This document shows, one piece after another, positions 17,028 to 26,209 of a stretch of DNA of 64,000 nucleotides; positions within the stretch are counted from its first letter, which is position 1, and each line of letters begins with the position of its first letter. The notes under the pieces are model-generated. The model saw only the letters and a program-made list of their open reading frames with translations, had not been told where the DNA came from and searched no databases. The stretch comes from Candidatus Kaiserbacteria bacterium (GTDB lineage Bacteria > Patescibacteriota > Minisyncoccia > Phycocordibacterales > UBA2100): contig JAHFMV010000001.1 in assembly GCA_023267655.1 (NCBI GenBank), positions 95,954 to 159,953 on the forward strand, read 5' to 3'. The translations under genes and the position numbers were made by a program.

Positions 17028-18362
17028 TTATTTAAACACCGTCGGAATCGGAAACTTTTTGCAGAGCGCCATGACTTCTTTACGGATTTTGGCTAATTCT
17101 TTGTTTTTTGCGAAGTCTTTTCTACATTCAGCGAGAAATGCCTTGCGCACGCCTTTTTCCGCCGGCAAATCGACATCTTTCACCATTTCCATGGCGTCCG
17201 CAATGTAATTGCCGATCAATTTCATTTCTTTTTCTTTCATTCGACGTGTTGTGATCGACGGCGTGCCGAGGCGGATGCCGCTCGGGTAAAACGGGGAGGA
17301 TGGTTCATTAGGGATCGTATTCTTGTTGGTCGTGAGGCCGATGGCATCCAGCGCGATTTCCACGATAGCTCCTCGGCCGGTTCCGCATTTCATGAGCATC
17401 ATGTGGTTGTCAGTGCCATTCGTGACGAGATTAACACTGCGATCCATAAGTGCTTTTGCGAGCGCTTTTGCGTTTTTCACGATTTGTTTGCCATAGGTAC
17501 GGAACGCGGGAGTTGCGGCCTCTTTGAGTGCGACACCAATAGCGGCCGTCGTGTGGTCATGTGGGCCGCCCTGTAAATTAGGGAAGATCGCACGGTCGAC
17601 TTTTGCGCCAAGTTCCGCGTCTTTCGCGAGTCCCTTTGTAGTGACCATTATCATACCGCCACGCGGGCCGCGAAGCGTTTTGTGCGTCGTCGTGGTCACG
17701 ACGTGCACATACGGAACAGGCGAGACATGCGCCCCTGCGACAACAAGGCCGGCGATGTGCGCGATATCGGCGGCTAGGTATGCGCCAACTTCATCCGCAA
17801 TTGCGCCGAGTTCTTTAAAGGGAAATTCGCGCACATACGCCGTGGCTCCCACCCATATCAATTTCGGCTTATGCTCGCGCGCGAGTCGTGCGATCTCCTT
17901 CAAGTCCATGTAACCGTCGGGTTTGAGGCCATACTGCACTGATTTGTAGAACATGCTCGTCGCACTTGCTTTCCAACCATGCGTGAGGTGCCCGCCGTCG
18001 GTGAGGAGCAAGCCCATGACCGTGTCGCCGGGGTTGCACGTGGCGAGATACACTGCCAAATTGGCCGGAGAACCGGAATACGGCTGGACATTCACGAAGG
18101 GAACTTTGAAGAGCTTTTTGGCGCGCTCACGCACCATGTCTTCAATCTCGTCGATGACTTCGTTGCCGCCGTAATAGCGCGCATGCGGGTAGCCCTCCGA
18201 GTACTTGTTCGTGAGAATTGACCCCATTGCCTCCAAAACAGCCTGCGAAACGATGTTTTCCGAAGGAATCAGCTCCAACCCCTCCTCTTGGCGATTCTTT
18301 TCAGCGATTATTTTTTGGTAGATTTCTTTGTCCTGTTTTTTTACATTGAGATAACGATCCAT
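17028..18362 (-). CDS. glyA: serine hydroxymethyltransferase
   Basis: Full-length SHMT with the PLP-lysine region (TTTTHKTLRGPRGGMI) and typical N-terminal motifs. Confidence 0.9.
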   Translation of the reverse strand: MDRYLNVKKQDKEIYQKIIAEKNRQEEGLELIPSENIVSQAVLEAMGSILTNKYSEGYPHARYYGGNEVIDEIEDMVRERAKKLFKVPFVNVQPYSGSPANLAVYLATCNPGDTVMGLLLTDGGHLTHGWKASATSMFYKSVQYGLKPDGYMDLKEIARLAREHKPKLIWVGATAYVREFPFKELGAIADEVGAYLAADIAHIAGLVVAGAHVSPVPYVHVVTTTTHKTLRGPRGGMIMVTTKGLAKDAELGAKVDRAIFPNLQGGPHDHTTAAIGVALKEAATPAFRTYGKQIVKNAKALAKALMDRSVNLVTNGTDNHMMLMKCGTGRGAIVEIALDAIGLTTNKNTIPNEPSSPFYPSGIRLGTPSITTRRMKEKEMKLIGNYIADAMEMVKDVDLPAEKGVRKAFLAECRKDFAKNKELAKIRKEVMALCKKFPIPTVFK

Positions 18363-18410
18363 AGATTGACAGATTAGCCGAATAATTAAAATGAAGGTAT
18401 CTAAATCATA

Positions 18411-18746
18411 TTAGCGGTTATCACCATCGCTGGCTATGACGTTCCGTGTCGCACGATCAGCCAGTTTGTCGACATTTGCTTGCGCGATTTCAGAAAAGGG
18501 GATTTCGAGGTGGCGCGCGAGCTGTGAGCAGTACCAGAGTACGTCGCCGATTTCCAATTTCAACGCCTCGCGCTTTTCCGGCGAGATCATGCCGTTGTCA
18601 TTGCGAATTATTTTCTTGATCTTATCGGCCACTTCGCCCGCTTCCGAGGTGAGACCAAGGCCGAGGTACATAAGCGCAAATTCAGCCTGTTTTCCCTCGA
18701 AATTGCCGGTTCTGTTGGCAAGCGTCTGGTACTCATCGAAATCCAT
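18411..18746 (-). CDS. MazG-like nucleoside triphosphate pyrophosphohydrolase (small all-alpha NTP-PPase)
   Basis: EAGEVADKIKK ... EIGDVLWY motif pair typical of the MazG/NTP-PPase superfamily. Confidence 0.7.
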   Translation of the reverse strand: MDFDEYQTLANRTGNFEGKQAEFALMYLGLGLTSEAGEVADKIKKIIRNDNGMISPEKREALKLEIGDVLWYCSQLARHLEIPFSEIAQANVDKLADRATRNVIASDGDNR

Positions 18747-18834
18747 CAGGTAAGTATACCCCTCGGAAGCGCATGGGGCGGGTGCGTCGTATATAGAAAA
18801 CGGCCGACAGTTTCAGTCAAACTGCCGGCCGTTA

Positions 18835-19350
18835 TTATTCAAATTGTTTCCCGACAACATTACCTTTGATGTCGCGGTTAAAGAGCTGATCGCTGCCTTC
18901 GAGGAGGTAAAGATCCCGAATGCCGCCGCTTATAGCGGCATCCCAACAAGGCTTGCAAGCCCACCAATGGCCCCACAGATACATATCACCGCCGTTTGTG
19001 TCTTCACCATGACTGTGTGCATCGCGCACGGATCGCGCTTCCGAGTGATGTTTGGACGCTGCGCATCCTGGACAGAGCCAATACTTTTGTCCCGATGGAA
19101 TACTCAGAACTCGCCGTACGCAGAAATAATCCTTGTGAATTCGTGCGAGAAGCGGATGTTTAAGCGGCACCTGATTTGCACCGCTTCCGATAATTCGGTC
19201 GTTTTTTACGATGACGGCTCCTGTCGGCATCTGGCGGTCCGTTGCATGTAAGCGCGAAAATTCTTTCGCGGCAGCCATCCATGGATTGTCGAGCGTGACG
19301 TACTTGATTGTTCGTCCTTCGGGAAGATATGGATACTTGATTGGATTCAT
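18835..19350 (-). CDS. dCMP deaminase (cytidine/deoxycytidylate deaminase zinc-binding family)
   Basis: HSEARSV (HAE zinc ligand) and CKPCWDAA (PCxxC) motifs. Confidence 0.75.
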   Translation of the reverse strand: MNPIKYPYLPEGRTIKYVTLDNPWMAAAKEFSRLHATDRQMPTGAVIVKNDRIIGSGANQVPLKHPLLARIHKDYFCVRRVLSIPSGQKYWLCPGCAASKHHSEARSVRDAHSHGEDTNGGDMYLWGHWWACKPCWDAAISGGIRDLYLLEGSDQLFNRDIKGNVVGKQFE

Positions 19351-19418
19351 GGTGTTGTGTCCTCTTTTGCCTCAGCAGTGTATACCACGGGACGCGCGCG
19401 GTATATAATCTCCGGACT

Positions 19419-20252
19419 ATGGCTCGATTCGATTCCATCTACCAAGACATGTTGAAGCGAATCGTCAAGGAAGGAACTCCTGAAAAAAACCAACGAACTG
19501 GGCACGAAGTGAAAGCAATTCCAGGAATGCATTTTTCGATTGATACTGAGAAAGAAGGATTTCCACTCCTCACGCTGCGCAAAATTCCGGTGAAGATGTT
19601 TGTTGCAGAGCAGATTTGGTTTGTTTCCGGTGCGCGCAAGCCCGCAGATTTTTTGCGCGACTATACGAAAATCTGGGACATCTTTACGAATCCGGCGGAT
19701 GTCGTGACCGTCGCCTATGGCTACCGCTGGCGCAAACATTTTGGCCGCGATCAGCTCGGTCTCCTCATGAAGCATTTGAAAGAAGAGCCGACATCACGTC
19801 ATGGTGTCGTCATCACGTGGGATCCGGCAGGAGATGGGCTTGGTGTGACGAATCGCAAAAACGTGCCATGTCCGTATTCGTTTACGGTGAACATTATTGG
19901 CGGCAGGCTGAACCTTCACAACATCGTCCGCTCCAATGACATGGTCTTGGGCTTCCCATCGGATGTTGCGGGGTTCGCTCTTTTGCAGCACATGCTCGCG
20001 CAGAAACTAGGCGTAAAATCAGGCGTATATTCGCATTCGATTTCCAATGCGCATGTGTATGACAATCAGTACGATGCCGTGAAAGAAATGCTGCGTCGAA
20101 GAAATACCCATAAGACCCTGAAGATCGCACTGCCAAAGAATTCGTATGATCGCGCCGAGAAAAAGGATGTGAAATTGGTGGATCAAATGATTGCGGCGTT
20201 TGGTGATTACAAACCGCAGGAGGCGATCAAAGGCTTGCAGATTGTTTTATAA
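19419..20252 (+). CDS. thyA: thymidylate synthase
   Basis: ThyA core (GHEVKAIPGMHFSID, LLTLRKIPVKMFV, the active-site region PCPYSF with the catalytic Cys, ISNAHVYDNQ); start taken at MARFDSIY. Confidence 0.9.
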   Translation: MARFDSIYQDMLKRIVKEGTPEKNQRTGHEVKAIPGMHFSIDTEKEGFPLLTLRKIPVKMFVAEQIWFVSGARKPADFLRDYTKIWDIFTNPADVVTVAYGYRWRKHFGRDQLGLLMKHLKEEPTSRHGVVITWDPAGDGLGVTNRKNVPCPYSFTVNIIGGRLNLHNIVRSNDMVLGFPSDVAGFALLQHMLAQKLGVKSGVYSHSISNAHVYDNQYDAVKEMLRRRNTHKTLKIALPKNSYDRAEKKDVKLVDQMIAAFGDYKPQEAIKGLQIVL

Positions 20253-20259
20253 TTCAACT

Positions 20260-20892
20260 ATGGCAATCCTCACAAAAGAAGAAATTTTGCAGCGAGTGAA
20301 GGACAAAAATATTGTCGTCTCTCCTGGACTTGATGTTTTCCAGATACAAGCGCATGCAATTGATCTTCGTCTCGGATTTACCTTTCTCATTCCAAAATCA
20401 TGGCGTATGACGGCAGAGGGGCGTGAAGCAATGATGATCGATCCTCTACGTGATCACGGACCGGAATATTTCGACGTGATTGAGCTGGAGCAAGGGCAGT
20501 CATTTGACCTTTTACCGCAAGAGTACGTACTCGTCTCAACGTTTGAGACGATAAAAATCCCGAACGATCTTATGGCGGTCTTGTATCCGCGTTCGTCGGT
20601 AAATAGAAAAGGCCTTTCCGTCGACCTCACGGGAATCATCGATTCCGGCTATGAAGGACCCCTCACGCTCCCGATCCGTAACAACACCCGATCGCAAGTG
20701 ATCCAACTACATCCCGGCGAACGCATCTGTCAGGTTGTTTTTGAAGAACTCAAGCAGCCGGTCATCGCGCGCAAATCACGATGGCACATGAAGGACGTCG
20801 TCGAAAAAGGGAAGAAAGAAAAGGCAAAAGAAATGAAGCTCGTCTTCAACGGCGATATCAAGAAATTAAAGTCGGATTACAAAGCGGCATAA
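20260..20892 (+). CDS. dcd: dCTP deaminase (dUTPase-fold)
   Basis: Dcd N-terminal signature (ILTKEEIL..., IDLRLG) and the SVNRKGL...IIDSGYEGPLTL motif. Confidence 0.8.
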   Translation: MAILTKEEILQRVKDKNIVVSPGLDVFQIQAHAIDLRLGFTFLIPKSWRMTAEGREAMMIDPLRDHGPEYFDVIELEQGQSFDLLPQEYVLVSTFETIKIPNDLMAVLYPRSSVNRKGLSVDLTGIIDSGYEGPLTLPIRNNTRSQVIQLHPGERICQVVFEELKQPVIARKSRWHMKDVVEKGKKEKAKEMKLVFNGDIKKLKSDYKAA

Positions 20893-20911
20893 TATGATAT
20901 AGTGTCTACGT

Positions 20912-21148
20912 ATGAAAACGAAAGAGCACTCATATACCGTCCAGATTGAGCCCGTAAAAGAGGGTGGTTTTTGGTCGCGCGTACCTGCGCTTTCGGGCTG
21001 CTTTTCACAAGGGGAGACGATTGAAGAGACGATTCAGAACACAAAAGAAGCCATTGAGCTCTACCTCGAAGGGCTTGCAAATGACAAACAAGACATTCCC
21101 GAAGAATCTGAATTTGCCGTCAGTGTGCGCATCCCAGTAACGGTGTAA
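20912..21148 (+). CDS. hicB: HicB-family antitoxin (UPF0150)
   Basis: 78 aa with an HicB N-terminal RNase H-like fold pattern (YTVQIEPVKEGGFWSRVPALSGCFSQGETIEE). Confidence 0.7.
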   Translation: MKTKEHSYTVQIEPVKEGGFWSRVPALSGCFSQGETIEETIQNTKEAIELYLEGLANDKQDIPEESEFAVSVRIPVTV

Positions 21149-21150
21149 TT

Positions 21151-21375
21151 ATGGCTCCGCGTTTGCCGAACATCACGGCAAAAGAAGCGATCCGTGCCTT
21201 CACACGGGCGGGGTTCCTTATTGCAGGGCAGAAGGGAAGTCATGTTCGATTGAAGAATTCAGATGGTATCATGCTCATCATCCCAAATCATTCGGGCGAC
21301 GTTAAGCGGCCGCTTCTTAAGGCACTGATCAAGCTGGCGGGATTGAATGAGAAGCAGTTTCGCGACTTACTTTGA
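21151..21375 (+). CDS. hicA: HicA mRNA interferase toxin
   Basis: 74 aa with the HicA/YcfA signature (AIRAFTRAGFLIAGQKGSHVRL...IIPNH); 2-nt gap after hicB; overlaps folA by 4 nt. Confidence 0.75.
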   Translation: MAPRLPNITAKEAIRAFTRAGFLIAGQKGSHVRLKNSDGIMLIIPNHSGDVKRPLLKALIKLAGLNEKQFRDLL

Positions 21376-21884
21376 ATATGAGCGAGCATACGATTAGTAT
21401 GATTGGCGCGATCGGAAGACTGCGCGAGCTCGGAAAAGGGAATGATCTGTTGTGGAAAATTCCCGATGATCTGAAGAGATTCCGCTCGATTACCAATGGG
21501 CATCCCTGCGTGATGGGGAGGAAGACGTTTGAATCGATTGTTGCCATTTTAAAAAAGCCGCTGCCGAATCGGACAAATATCATCGTGACTCGCGATCCGG
21601 CGTGGGCGTACGAAGGCGTGCTTGCGGTAAATACGATTGAAGAAGCGATCCAGCTCGCGAAGCGAAAGCTCGGCGGCGAAGAAGTCTTTATCATCGGCGG
21701 TGGGCAGATCTACGAGCTTGGCATTTCATACGCCGACAAGTTGTATTTGACGCTGATCGATGATTCAAAGGAAGCCGATTCGTTTTTTCCCGAATACGAA
21801 AAAGTTTTCACAAAGAAAGTATTTGAAGAGGAGCGAGAGTTCGAAGGGTTGAAATATACATGGGTTGACTTGGAAAGAGCTTGA
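21372..21884 (+). CDS. folA: dihydrofolate reductase
   Basis: DHFR motifs (ISMIGAIGRLRELGKGNDLLWKIPDDLKRFRSIT...VMGRKTFESI). Confidence 0.85.
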   Translation: MNMSEHTISMIGAIGRLRELGKGNDLLWKIPDDLKRFRSITNGHPCVMGRKTFESIVAILKKPLPNRTNIIVTRDPAWAYEGVLAVNTIEEAIQLAKRKLGGEEVFIIGGGQIYELGISYADKLYLTLIDDSKEADSFFPEYEKVFTKKVFEEEREFEGLKYTWVDLERA

Positions 21885-21951
21885 GTGGCAACTCCCGCAG
21901 CGTTGTGGTAGGTTTTTCGGAGGGGCAATGTAACGCAACAGGAGTAAAGAG

Positions 21952-22224
21952 ATGCTGCTACCAGAGAAACTTGCAGACGTATTGAAGCCGTACTATCGAA
22001 ACGACCCATCCGTGAAGCAGGGTAGGATTGACTATATGGCAAAAGGTCGGGTCTTTTACCTGGCTCACGGATGCGAGATCGTGCTCACACAAGAAGGCCG
22101 GCACGGATATCACGTGACCATAATCGCGCCAAACGGCGAATCGTACGGCGATGGGCCGTACTTCAACAATCTACAATCCGCTGCAGAACTCGGGTCGTGG
22201 ATGACCGCGGAACTTGCGGCGTAA
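21952..22224 (+). CDS. hypothetical protein (90 aa)
   Basis: ORF followed by a terminator; no recognised domain. Confidence 0.4.
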   Translation: MLLPEKLADVLKPYYRNDPSVKQGRIDYMAKGRVFYLAHGCEIVLTQEGRHGYHVTIIAPNGESYGDGPYFNNLQSAAELGSWMTAELAA

Positions 22225-22240
22225 TCAAACGTCCGCAACA

Positions 22241-22275
22241 AACAAAAAGGGGCGCCTTATCCGGGCGCCCTTGTT
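22241..22275 (+). terminator. rho-independent terminator
   Basis: GGGGCGCCTTATCCGGGCGCCC hairpin followed by TTGTTATG. Confidence 0.5.
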
Positions 22276-22364
22276 ATGTATAAGGGATGGGATATTCTGT
22301 ATGCAGCTGCCAGAGGAAACCCTCTGGTTTTTCTGTTCTATGATACAACGAATGAGAGGATGCG

Positions 22365-23483
22365 ATGCAAACGAATGCAATGACCTATGCGCAGACCGGC
22401 GTCGATTACGATCCAATTGACGCTTTCAAACGAAGGTGCCAAGCAGCAGCACTCAAGACAGCAGAATTTCCAATGCGGCACGGGTTTCGTGAGGTGTCCT
22501 GGAGTCGGGGCGAGAGTGCCTATCTGCTCGAACAGTGGATGTCGTTCTATGCGACACAGAGACTTGCGTTCGTGGAAGAAGGCTTAGGAACGAAGGAGCT
22601 TGTTGCCACCGAAATGTTGCGTCTCACCGGCATTTCTCATTATCGGAAGATCGCACAATGTAACTTGGCAATGATCGTCAACGATATGGCGACACTGGCC
22701 TTACCGCTTGTCGTTTCCATGTACTGTTCGACCGGGACGTCCGACTGGTTTAAGCACGAAGGGCGTTGCATCGATCTCGCTGAAGGGTATGCAGAAGCGT
22801 GTATGCTTGCGCGCTGTGCGTGGGGTTGCGGCGAAACCCCTGTCTTGAAGGGAATCGTGCACGAAAATGCAGCGGACCTCGGTGGTGCCGCGATCGGGAT
22901 TGTTCCCGAATTCGGTATTACGGGGACGATACAAGATGGCGATGCGATCGTAATATTGGAAAGTTCGGGAATACATGCCAATGGAGTCACCATTGCTCGA
23001 CATATCGCGAGCATGCTCCCAAAGGGGTATTTGACGGAAACGCCGGATGGAAGGACTTACGGCGAGGCGCTTCTCGATGCGACACATATTTATGTCGCGT
23101 TTGTCGAAGATTGCCTTGCAGCAAAGATTCCGATCCATTATGCGGTGAATATCACCGGCCATGGATGGCGAAAATTCATGCGGCATCGCCATCCGTTTAC
23201 CTACACGATCGTGAACATGCCGCACCAACTTCCCATCTTCGACTTCATAGAAGAAAGGGGTCCGGTCACGCGGCGCGAAATGTATTCGACCTTCAACATG
23301 GGCGCAGGGTTTGCACTATACGTCCCAGCGGCCGAGGTTGTTAAGATTAGCGCGATTATCGAGCAGGGAACGTATCCGTTCCGCGTTATTCCCGCAGGCT
23401 TCATCAAAAAAGGTGAACGCAAGAGCGTGGTCATTGAAAGTGAAGGTATTGTATTCGAAGAAAACGAACTGCAGGTTCGCTAA
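22365..23483 (+). CDS. AIR-synthase-related (PurM-like) protein
   Basis: N-terminal YAQTGVDYD resembles the PurM YKDAGVDID; size and glycine-rich segments fit the PurM/HypE/SelD/ThiL superfamily; the exact family is unresolved. Confidence 0.5.
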   Translation: MQTNAMTYAQTGVDYDPIDAFKRRCQAAALKTAEFPMRHGFREVSWSRGESAYLLEQWMSFYATQRLAFVEEGLGTKELVATEMLRLTGISHYRKIAQCNLAMIVNDMATLALPLVVSMYCSTGTSDWFKHEGRCIDLAEGYAEACMLARCAWGCGETPVLKGIVHENAADLGGAAIGIVPEFGITGTIQDGDAIVILESSGIHANGVTIARHIASMLPKGYLTETPDGRTYGEALLDATHIYVAFVEDCLAAKIPIHYAVNITGHGWRKFMRHRHPFTYTIVNMPHQLPIFDFIEERGPVTRREMYSTFNMGAGFALYVPAAEVVKISAIIEQGTYPFRVIPAGFIKKGERKSVVIESEGIVFEENELQVR

Positions 23484-23593
23484 TAGAACCCGCGGGCAGC
23501 GCAGCTGCCCGCGGGATTTTCATAGGCGATTCGGGAAAAAGAAACGGCCGCCACTCGAAGTGGGCGGCCGTCGATGCGCGTTCTGGTGTCAGA

Positions 23594-24070
23594 TCAGAGT
23601 TTGCTCGCCGCAGAGATGAGCGACTCCAACGTGGCACGAGTTCCTGTTCCGATTGCTGCAATAACACGTGACTGCACCTCCCGCCACAGCGGGTAGGCCG
23701 ACTTGATCACCGCCTCGCCCTTTTGCGTAAGATGCAAATGTTTTCCGCGTCGACCGGCAGGCGGACCTATCGTGATAAGCCCGAGTGCAAGCATTCGCTT
23801 AAAATTTCGTGCGTTGGTCGACTTCTCGATATCGAGCAATCTGTTGATTTCTACTTGCCTGATTCCATCTCGACCAGCAACGTGCGCGAGCAGGGTAAAC
23901 TGGCTACTGGTGATCCCCAGTGGGCGCAGAGCATCGTCGTACACACCGGTGATGATACGCGAGAGTTGGCGTACTCGCATATTGATGCATGCGGCAGCCG
24001 TTGCCCCAGCAATGTCGTCAATATCGTGCCTTTTTCGCGCCGTCACAACAGGTGCTGAGCCCTGTAACAT
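23594..24070 (-). CDS. MarR-family transcriptional regulator
   Basis: Winged-HTH MarR pattern (LGITSSQFTLLAHVAGRDGIRQVEINRLLDIEKSTNARNFKRMLALGLI). Confidence 0.8.
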   Translation of the reverse strand: MLQGSAPVVTARKRHDIDDIAGATAAACINMRVRQLSRIITGVYDDALRPLGITSSQFTLLAHVAGRDGIRQVEINRLLDIEKSTNARNFKRMLALGLITIGPPAGRRGKHLHLTQKGEAVIKSAYPLWREVQSRVIAAIGTGTRATLESLISAASKL

Positions 24071-24145
24071 CTCTTTTCTCCACTATTGTGCGCTTCGTAG
24101 CGCGGTTGCCGCGCCAACTATGTCACTTTCGGACTTCGAGCACAA

Positions 24146-24928
24146 CTACTGCTTGAGACCCAAGCCGTTCTTGATGAAATACCAATTGATGCTGACAAGG
24201 ACGACGATCATGCTGGAGAGGATTGCGATGGAAATCCAGAGCGGGATATCGGCGATGCCGAGGAAGCCGTAGCGAAAGCCGTTGATGAGGTAGAAGACCG
24301 GATTTACGTAGGTGATGTATTGCGCCGCGTGAGGAAGCGAGTGGACGGAATAGAAGACCCCGCCGAGGTACACGAGCGGCGTGAGGACGAAGGTCGGGAC
24401 GATGTTGATGCCGTCTATTGATTTTGCGTAAATACCGTTCACGAGGCCGGCGAGCGAAAAGACGAGCGCCGTGAGAATTGCGAATGCAAAGATGATGAGA
24501 AGATTGTGGATCGCGAGGTGGAGCCCGGTGAAGAAAACAGAGACGAGCAGCACGATCGTGCCGACAAGAATACCGCGCACGATGCCGCCCGCGATAAATC
24601 CGGCGATAAGCAGCCACGGCGGCGTCGGTGAGACGAGGATTTCATCGATCGATCGTGCGAAGAATTTAGACGAGAAGAACATGAACGACGTATTCGCGTA
24701 GCTTGTCGTCACGATCGAGAGCATCACGAGCCCCGGAACGACGAAGCTCATATAATTCACTCCTTGCATTTGTCCGATGCGCGAACCGAGTACCGTGCCG
24801 AAAATCAAAAAGTACAGCGATGACGTGATGACCGACGGCAAGAATGTCTGCACCCAGATGCGGAACATGCGCACCACGTCTTTGCGGAGCATTGTGTAGA
24901 ACGAAATCCATTTTTGTCGGGGGGTCAT
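24146..24928 (-). CDS. ABC-2-type transporter permease
   Basis: 260 aa, six TM helices, ABC-2 family pattern; directly downstream of the ATPase. Confidence 0.8.
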   Translation of the reverse strand: MTPRQKWISFYTMLRKDVVRMFRIWVQTFLPSVITSSLYFLIFGTVLGSRIGQMQGVNYMSFVVPGLVMLSIVTTSYANTSFMFFSSKFFARSIDEILVSPTPPWLLIAGFIAGGIVRGILVGTIVLLVSVFFTGLHLAIHNLLIIFAFAILTALVFSLAGLVNGIYAKSIDGINIVPTFVLTPLVYLGGVFYSVHSLPHAAQYITYVNPVFYLINGFRYGFLGIADIPLWISIAILSSMIVVLVSINWYFIKNGLGLKQ

Positions 24929-25045
24929 AGCTAAGGAAATTAGATAGTAGAAGTTAGAAATGAGAAGTACAAAGCAGAAATCGAGGAATTTCTCACATTC
25001 TTATTTGTCATTCTACTTTTTGATTTCTCATTTCTCATATCCGTG

Positions 25046-25804
25046 TTATTTCTCACTGGTAAGCTGGATAAACACTTCTTCAAGCTTGCCGCCGCGGTAA
25101 CCGGTGTCGCCTTTGTCTTCGTGGAGCGCGAGGATTTCGTCCATCGTGCCGTTTGCGACGATTTCTCCCTTCCTAATGATCGCGACGTGTTTTGCGAGCT
25201 GTTCTGCTTCTTCGAGGTAGTGCGTGGTGAGGAGAATCGTGAGACCTTCCGAAGTCAGTTTGCGTAAATAATCCCACATGCCTCGACGTAACTCTACATC
25301 GACACCCGCGGTCGGTTCGTCGAGGATGAGAAAGCGTGGCTTGTGAATGAGCGCACGCGCGATCATGAGACGGCGCTTCATGCCGCCGGAGAGCTCCATC
25401 GCACGACCGGTCATTTTTTCACCGAGTCCGAGGTCGGTGAGAAGTTGTTTTGCGCGAGGGACGGCCTCGGTACGGGGGATGCCGTAATAGCCACCTTGGT
25501 TCACAATGATATCGATTGGCTTTTCAAACGGATTGAAATTCAACTCCTGCCCGACGAGCCCGATTTGTGCCTTTGCCATCTCCGTATCGGTGTCAATATC
25601 GTGCCCAAAAACGCTCACGGTGCCCTCGGTTTTATTCACAAGGCCGGTTGTTATACCGATGATAGTCGTCTTTCCCGCACCGTTAGGCCCAAGCAGCGCA
25701 AAAAAGTCTCCCGCGGGGACGGTGAGCGAAACGCCCTTCAGCGCCTCGGTGCCGTTGGCGTATTTCTTTTTTAAATCCTTAATTACAAGTGCTGGTTCTG
25801 ACAT
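25046..25804 (-). CDS. ABC transporter ATP-binding protein
   Basis: Walker A GPNGAGKTT, signature LSGGMKRR, Walker B LILDEPT; start trimmed to MSEPALVI. Confidence 0.85.
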   Translation of the reverse strand: MSEPALVIKDLKKKYANGTEALKGVSLTVPAGDFFALLGPNGAGKTTIIGITTGLVNKTEGTVSVFGHDIDTDTEMAKAQIGLVGQELNFNPFEKPIDIIVNQGGYYGIPRTEAVPRAKQLLTDLGLGEKMTGRAMELSGGMKRRLMIARALIHKPRFLILDEPTAGVDVELRRGMWDYLRKLTSEGLTILLTTHYLEEAEQLAKHVAIIRKGEIVANGTMDEILALHEDKGDTGYRGGKLEEVFIQLTSEK

Positions 25805-25870
25805 GAGGGGGTATTGTAGCATATTGCATTGCAGCTGCGCACGTGTTTGTATGATACAGGCCAAGGCAAC

Positions 25871-26168
25871 CATGGAGCTGATCATGTCTGAAGTCAAAGC
25901 ACCAATCTATTTTCTTCCAGAAGAAAGTATAGACACGATAGCAAAGGGGATTGCATCACATATCGTCGGTGTCGCCTCAATCCTCATCGAGGTGCACGGT
26001 CTGGAAGTGAAAATCGAAGAGTACGTCGATTCACTCCCGGAACATGAGCGTGAAAGTGCTCGCAAGTCAGCGTATCCTTCGCTCGCACACTTATTGGCAG
26101 AGAAGGCGCTGCAAATTCTCGACCGGCAACATGCCGAAACCATGTATTCGAGCGAGAAGAAAGACTGA
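25871..26168 (+). CDS. small hypothetical protein (~99 aa)
   Basis: The C-terminal part of the long ORF-track call is the only non-overlapped section; acidic and helical; real status uncertain. Confidence 0.3.
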
Positions 26169-26209
26169 TGACCATCACGGGTCCGCTCGAGGAATTCGGC
26201 GGACCCTAT

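Noticed and set aside
25506-25870. 5' part of the 220-aa plus ORF overlapping the ABC ATPase gene
   Set aside because: It lies entirely antisense to the ABC ATP-binding protein with Walker motifs; only the non-overlapped 3' section (25871-26168) was kept as a low-confidence small gene.
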